DNA from: Methanomicrobiales archaeon
Lineage (GTDB): Archaea > Halobacteriota > Methanomicrobia > Methanomicrobiales > JACTUA01
Direction: 5' to 3'
NCBI GenBank assembly: GCA_028678905.1
Contig: JAJRCO010000019.1
Coordinates: 1-45,603 of the forward strand
DNA length: 45,603 bases
Shown: positions 42,626 to 45,603 of the stretch, one piece after another
Layout: each line of letters begins with the position of its first letter
How positions within the stretch are numbered: position 1 is the stretch's first letter
Notes under the pieces: model-generated
The model's input: the letters and a program-made list of their open reading frames with translations, nothing else
Told to the model about the DNA's origin: nothing
The model's database searches: none
Translations under genes and position numbers: made by a program

Positions 42626-43411
42626 ATGAACGAAAGGGATTGGCCCGCGGAAGGTGAATTGGTCGTCTGTACCGTCGCGAATGTGAAAGACTTCGTCGCC
42701 TTCGTCAAATTGGACGAGTATGAAGGGCGCCAGGGCCTGATCCCGATCTCGGAAGTGGCCACCGGATGGGTAAAATATATCCGGGATTTCATCCGGGAAG
42801 GCCAGAAAGTGGTCTGCAAGGTTATCCATGTGGATCCCTCACGGGGCCATATCGATCTCTCGCTCAAGGATGTAAACGATCACCAGAGGCGGGAGAAGAT
42901 CCGGGAATGGAAGAACGAGCAGAAGGGGAAGAAGTGGATCGAATTTGTCAGCCAGTCTACCGGATTTCCCTCCGCAGAGATCGAAAATACTATCTACCAG
43001 AAATACGGATTCCTTTACTCTTTTTTTGAAGACGCGGTGGTGCACGGAGAAGATGCGCTGAAAGGCCTCCCGTTTCCCCCAGCAGTCTCTCAGACCCTGA
43101 TGGAAAGTGCTCGGACCAATGTGCGTATCCCCCGAGTTACCATCAGTGGATTCCTGGATCTCACCTCCACCAAGCCAGAGGGGGTAAATATTATCCGCCG
43201 GGCACTCCGCAGCGCCCAGCCCAAGATACCGGATGTGGATATCGACCTGATCTACGTCGGGGCACCTACCTATCGCATCAAGGTAACGGCCCCCGATTAC
43301 AAACAGGCGGAGAAGGCCATCGAGAAGGCAGCGACCGCAGCGATCCGGGTCATGGAGAAGGCCGGCGGAACAGGGAAATTCAGCAGAAAACCCAAAACGA
43401 AAGCCGCATGA
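42626..43411 (+). CDS. eif2a: Translation initiation factor aIF-2 alpha subunit
   Basis: 261 aa with an S1 domain: WPAEGELVVCTV...FVKLDEYEGRQGLIPISEVATGWVKYIRDFIREGQKVVCKVIHVDPSRGHIDLSLK. Confidence 0.9.
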   Translation: MNERDWPAEGELVVCTVANVKDFVAFVKLDEYEGRQGLIPISEVATGWVKYIRDFIREGQKVVCKVIHVDPSRGHIDLSLKDVNDHQRREKIREWKNEQKGKKWIEFVSQSTGFPSAEIENTIYQKYGFLYSFFEDAVVHGEDALKGLPFPPAVSQTLMESARTNVRIPRVTISGFLDLTSTKPEGVNIIRRALRSAQPKIPDVDIDLIYVGAPTYRIKVTAPDYKQAEKAIEKAATAAIRVMEKAGGTGKFSRKPKTKAA

Positions 43412-43572
43412 GAGCCTATATCAGACGCTGCCCGTATGACGGGACCTATACCCTGCACCCCATCTGTCCGCTCTGCGGGTCGGCAACCCGGTTGGCCCAC
43501 CCTCCGCGCTATTCTCCCCAGGACCGTTTCTGGAGATACCGGGGGGTGAGATTATCGACGATATCACCGTAA
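43408..43572 (+). CDS. nop10: H/ACA RNP protein Nop10
   Basis: I translated this 54-aa ORF by hand (it is below the track cutoff): MRAYIRRCPYDGTYTLHPICPLCGSATRLAHPPRYSPQDRFWRYRG... There is an ATGA overlap with aIF2alpha. The position is the conserved one. Confidence 0.85.
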   Translation: MRAYIRRCPYDGTYTLHPICPLCGSATRLAHPPRYSPQDRFWRYRGVRLSTISP

Positions 43573-43592
43573 CCTACCTTGCAGAAGAGGTT

Positions 43593-44309
43593 GTGGAGGC
43601 CCCGGTATTCATTGAGGGGCTTCCGGGCATTGGCCAGGTCGGAAAACTGGTCGCCGAATACATGATCGAGGAGATAGGTGCGGAGCTGGTGGCCGAGATC
43701 CATTCCGTGTACTTCCCACCTCAGGTGCTGGTGGACGAACAGGGAATCGCCCGGCTGCTGGACAACGAGGTATATCTCTTCCGTGGGGAGACTAACCTGC
43801 TCTTCCTGGTGGGGGACGCACAGAGTGCGAGCGGCGAAGGGCATTACAGGATGGCTGGTACCTACCTGGATATCGCAGAACGTTTTGCGGTCCGCAGGCT
43901 GTACACGCTGGGAGGGTACGGAGTGGGGCATTTTGTGGATGATCCTCAGGTGTTTGCCGCAGTAAATAGAGAGGAACTGAAACAGGAGGTGCAGGATGCC
44001 GGCGGGAGTTTCTCCAGTGAAGGTGGCATGGGTATCGTCGGCACCTCCGGTCTCCTCCTCGGAATGGGAAAGAGTCGGGGGATGGAGGGAATCTGTCTGA
44101 TGGGCGAGACCAGCGGATATCTGGTGGACCCCCTCAGTGCAAAGAAGCTCCTATCCGTCCTCTGCCGCCTGCTGCACATCGAGGTGGATCCCACCCGCCT
44201 TTCCGACCGTGCCCGGGAGATGGAGCAATTCGTCCAGGGGCTGAAAGAAGAGTCGGAGCGAGAATACGAGCGCCGCAAGAGTAGCGAAGACCTCGTGTAC
44301 ATCGGGTAA
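43593..44309 (+). CDS. Proteasome assembly chaperone (PAC2) family protein
   Basis: 238 aa with a GTG start: EAPVFIEGLPGIGQVGKLVAEYMI...LFLVGDAQ... This matches the PAC2/COG1938 pattern. Confidence 0.7.
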   Translation: MEAPVFIEGLPGIGQVGKLVAEYMIEEIGAELVAEIHSVYFPPQVLVDEQGIARLLDNEVYLFRGETNLLFLVGDAQSASGEGHYRMAGTYLDIAERFAVRRLYTLGGYGVGHFVDDPQVFAAVNREELKQEVQDAGGSFSSEGGMGIVGTSGLLLGMGKSRGMEGICLMGETSGYLVDPLSAKKLLSVLCRLLHIEVDPTRLSDRAREMEQFVQGLKEESEREYERRKSSEDLVYIG

Positions 44310-44310
44310 A

Positions 44311-45477
44311 ATGCTCGTCAATGCCGATCTGCACATTCACTCCCCTTTCTCCATCGGGACCTCCCGGACCATGGATCTGGAGCAGCTGTATTCAGCCTGT
44401 ATGCGGAAGGGGCTCCAGGTGATGGGAAGCGGGGATGCGCTGCACCCGATATGGAGAGAGCGGTGCCGGCATATCGAAGAACGGGACGACTTTCTCCTTC
44501 TCCCCACCGCAGAGGTTGAGGATGAGCACCGTATCCATCATCTGATCCTTCTTTCGGATTTTTCGTCCAGTGCGGATCTCGCCGTGACTCTTTCCCCACA
44601 CAGCAAAAATATCCTTACATCTGGCCGCCCGCACATTGCCGCCACTGGCGAAGTGATCGCCCGGGAAGTGCATCGCCAGGGCGGACTGATCGGACCTGCC
44701 CATGCGTTCACTCCCTGGACCTCACTCTTCGCCCGCTTCGACCATATCCAGGATTGCTATGGCGGGGAAGAGCCGGACTTCCTGGAGCTGGGCCTGAGCG
44801 CGGATAGCGGCTATGCGGCGGGAATCCCGGATCTCGCGACCGTCACCTTTCTATCCAATTCCGATGCCCACAGTGCTGAAACGGTGAAAATAGGACGGGA
44901 GTGGAACCGGCTGCGGGTCGCCCGGCTGACTGCCCCCGCCATCTTAGAGAGTATCTCCAGGGGACGGATCGAGTACAATGCAGGCCTCTTCCCCGGGATC
45001 GGAAAATACAACCGCACCGCATGCAGCCGCTGTTACCACCAGTATTCCCGGGAGGAGGCGTTGGCGCTCCGATGGCGATGTCCTGACGATGGTGGGCGTA
45101 TCAAGAAGGGAGTGTCCGACCGGGTGCAGGAATTATCGACGGTTCCGCCCGGCTCCCGCCCCCCGTATTATCACCGCACATCCCTGGGAGAGATCATCCA
45201 GCAGGAACTAGGCACCTCTTCACCCTACACCAGGCGGTGTCGTGCGCTCTACGACCGGCTAGTCGAGACTTTTGGAAATGAGATCGCGATCCTGATGGAG
45301 ACTCCGGTCAGCGAGATCCGATCTCTTGATGAGGGAGTCGCGGAGTCCATCCGGTCGCTCCGTTCCGGCGAGATCGGGATCTGTCCGGGCGGGGGTGGCC
45401 GCTATGGTACTTTTTTGCTCAAAAGCAAGGATTATGGGATTCACCCCACAACTGATCATAATGCTGAAAATTCATAG
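44311..45477 (+). CDS. endoQ: Endonuclease Q (PHP-domain, TIGR00375 family)
   Basis: 388 aa. It is collinear with the remembered Pyrococcus EndoQ: ADLHIHS, GPAHAFTPWTSLF, FLELGLSADS, FLSNSDAHS, GKYNRTACSRCY, WRCPDDGGRIKKGVSDRVQEL and PGGGGRYG. Confidence 0.85.
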   Translation: MLVNADLHIHSPFSIGTSRTMDLEQLYSACMRKGLQVMGSGDALHPIWRERCRHIEERDDFLLLPTAEVEDEHRIHHLILLSDFSSSADLAVTLSPHSKNILTSGRPHIAATGEVIAREVHRQGGLIGPAHAFTPWTSLFARFDHIQDCYGGEEPDFLELGLSADSGYAAGIPDLATVTFLSNSDAHSAETVKIGREWNRLRVARLTAPAILESISRGRIEYNAGLFPGIGKYNRTACSRCYHQYSREEALALRWRCPDDGGRIKKGVSDRVQELSTVPPGSRPPYYHRTSLGEIIQQELGTSSPYTRRCRALYDRLVETFGNEIAILMETPVSEIRSLDEGVAESIRSLRSGEIGICPGGGGRYGTFLLKSKDYGIHPTTDHNAENS

Positions 45478-45603
45478 GGAGATCTGCGGATACTGCGGTG
45501 CCTGTGTGTCGGTCTGCCCACAGGGTGCTCTTGAACTCATCGATGCCTACCTGGAGGTGGACGATGCCTGCATCGAATGCGGCATCTGCACCAAAGCCTG
45601 CCC
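45461..45603 (+). CDS. 4Fe-4S dicluster ferredoxin-domain protein, N-terminal part (runs off the window)
   Basis: I translated this by hand: MLKIHREICGYCGACVSVCPQGALELIDAYLEVDDACIECGICTKAC. It contains two CxxCxxCxxxCP-type motifs and overlaps the endoQ end by 17 nt. Confidence 0.7.
   Translation, partial: MLKIHREICGYCGACVSVCPQGALELIDAYLEVDDACIECGICTKAC

Noticed and set aside
42103-42867. A 254-aa minus-strand ORF opposite rpl44e, rps27e and aIF2alpha.
   Set aside because: The plus strand carries three universally conserved genes there, and the antisense product has no recognisable features.
1-45603. CRISPR arrays, rRNA or tRNA genes, IS elements and prophage genes.
   Set aside because: I saw no regularly spaced direct repeats, no tRNA-like acceptor or T-arm sequences in the intergenic regions, and no transposase, integrase or capsid-like ORFs. 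The scan was by eye only.

Overview
This 45.6-kb, GC-rich, gene-dense segment comes from a methanogenic (or ANME-type) euryarchaeon. The host call rests on cfbD (coenzyme F430), egsA (archaeal lipids), archaeal ProRS and Elp3, PriS plus GINS, the L44e-S27e-aIF2alpha-Nop10 block, and EndoQ.

Layout:
- 1-8106 (minus strand): a tightly overlapping anaerobic cobamide operon, cbiT-L-F-G-H-C-D-E, followed by the cobalt ECF importer cbiMNQO.
- 8.2-9.4 kb: two small secreted proteins.
- 9986-14547 (plus strand): a compact kaiC-kaiB-kaiB-PAS histidine kinase operon. It is visibly more AT-rich than its surroundings. A decayed permease fragment lies on its left and about 830 bp with no credible gene lies on its right.
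- 15.4-19.5 kb: an M20 peptidase, cfbD with a Zn-ribbon partner, and a riboflavin reductase.
- 19.6-24.5 kb: a GltB-like FMN protein, a USP-USP-PCP_red fusion, and an ABC-2 exporter pair.
- 24589-27837: a translationally coupled alternative-heme (ahbC-A-B-D type) cluster, followed by a lipobox cupredoxin.
- 28.6-31.7 kb: a two-subunit 2-oxoacid:ferredoxin oxidoreductase and a ferritin.
- 32-45.6 kb: housekeeping genes (proS, egsA, elp3, priS, GINS, r-proteins, aIF2alpha, nop10, PAC2, endoQ).

The most interesting item is the full-length KaiC (with a roughly 46-aa C-terminal coiled-coil extension), two KaiB paralogues and an orphan PAS kinase inside a methanogen chromosome. This looks like a horizontally acquired, KaiA-independent Kai timer or signalling module that is uncharacterised in Archaea.

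Secondary items:
- cbiL has no canonical start codon; the break sits at a G6 homopolymer at the cbiT/cbiL junction.
- Three tetrapyrrole branches (B12, F430, heme) and a PCP_red-domain protein co-occur in one window.
- A type-1 copper protein lies directly after the heme genes.

I recognised no rRNA, tRNA, CRISPR array or intact mobile element. All calls rest on reading the translated ORFs against remembered family motifs; no database search was run.
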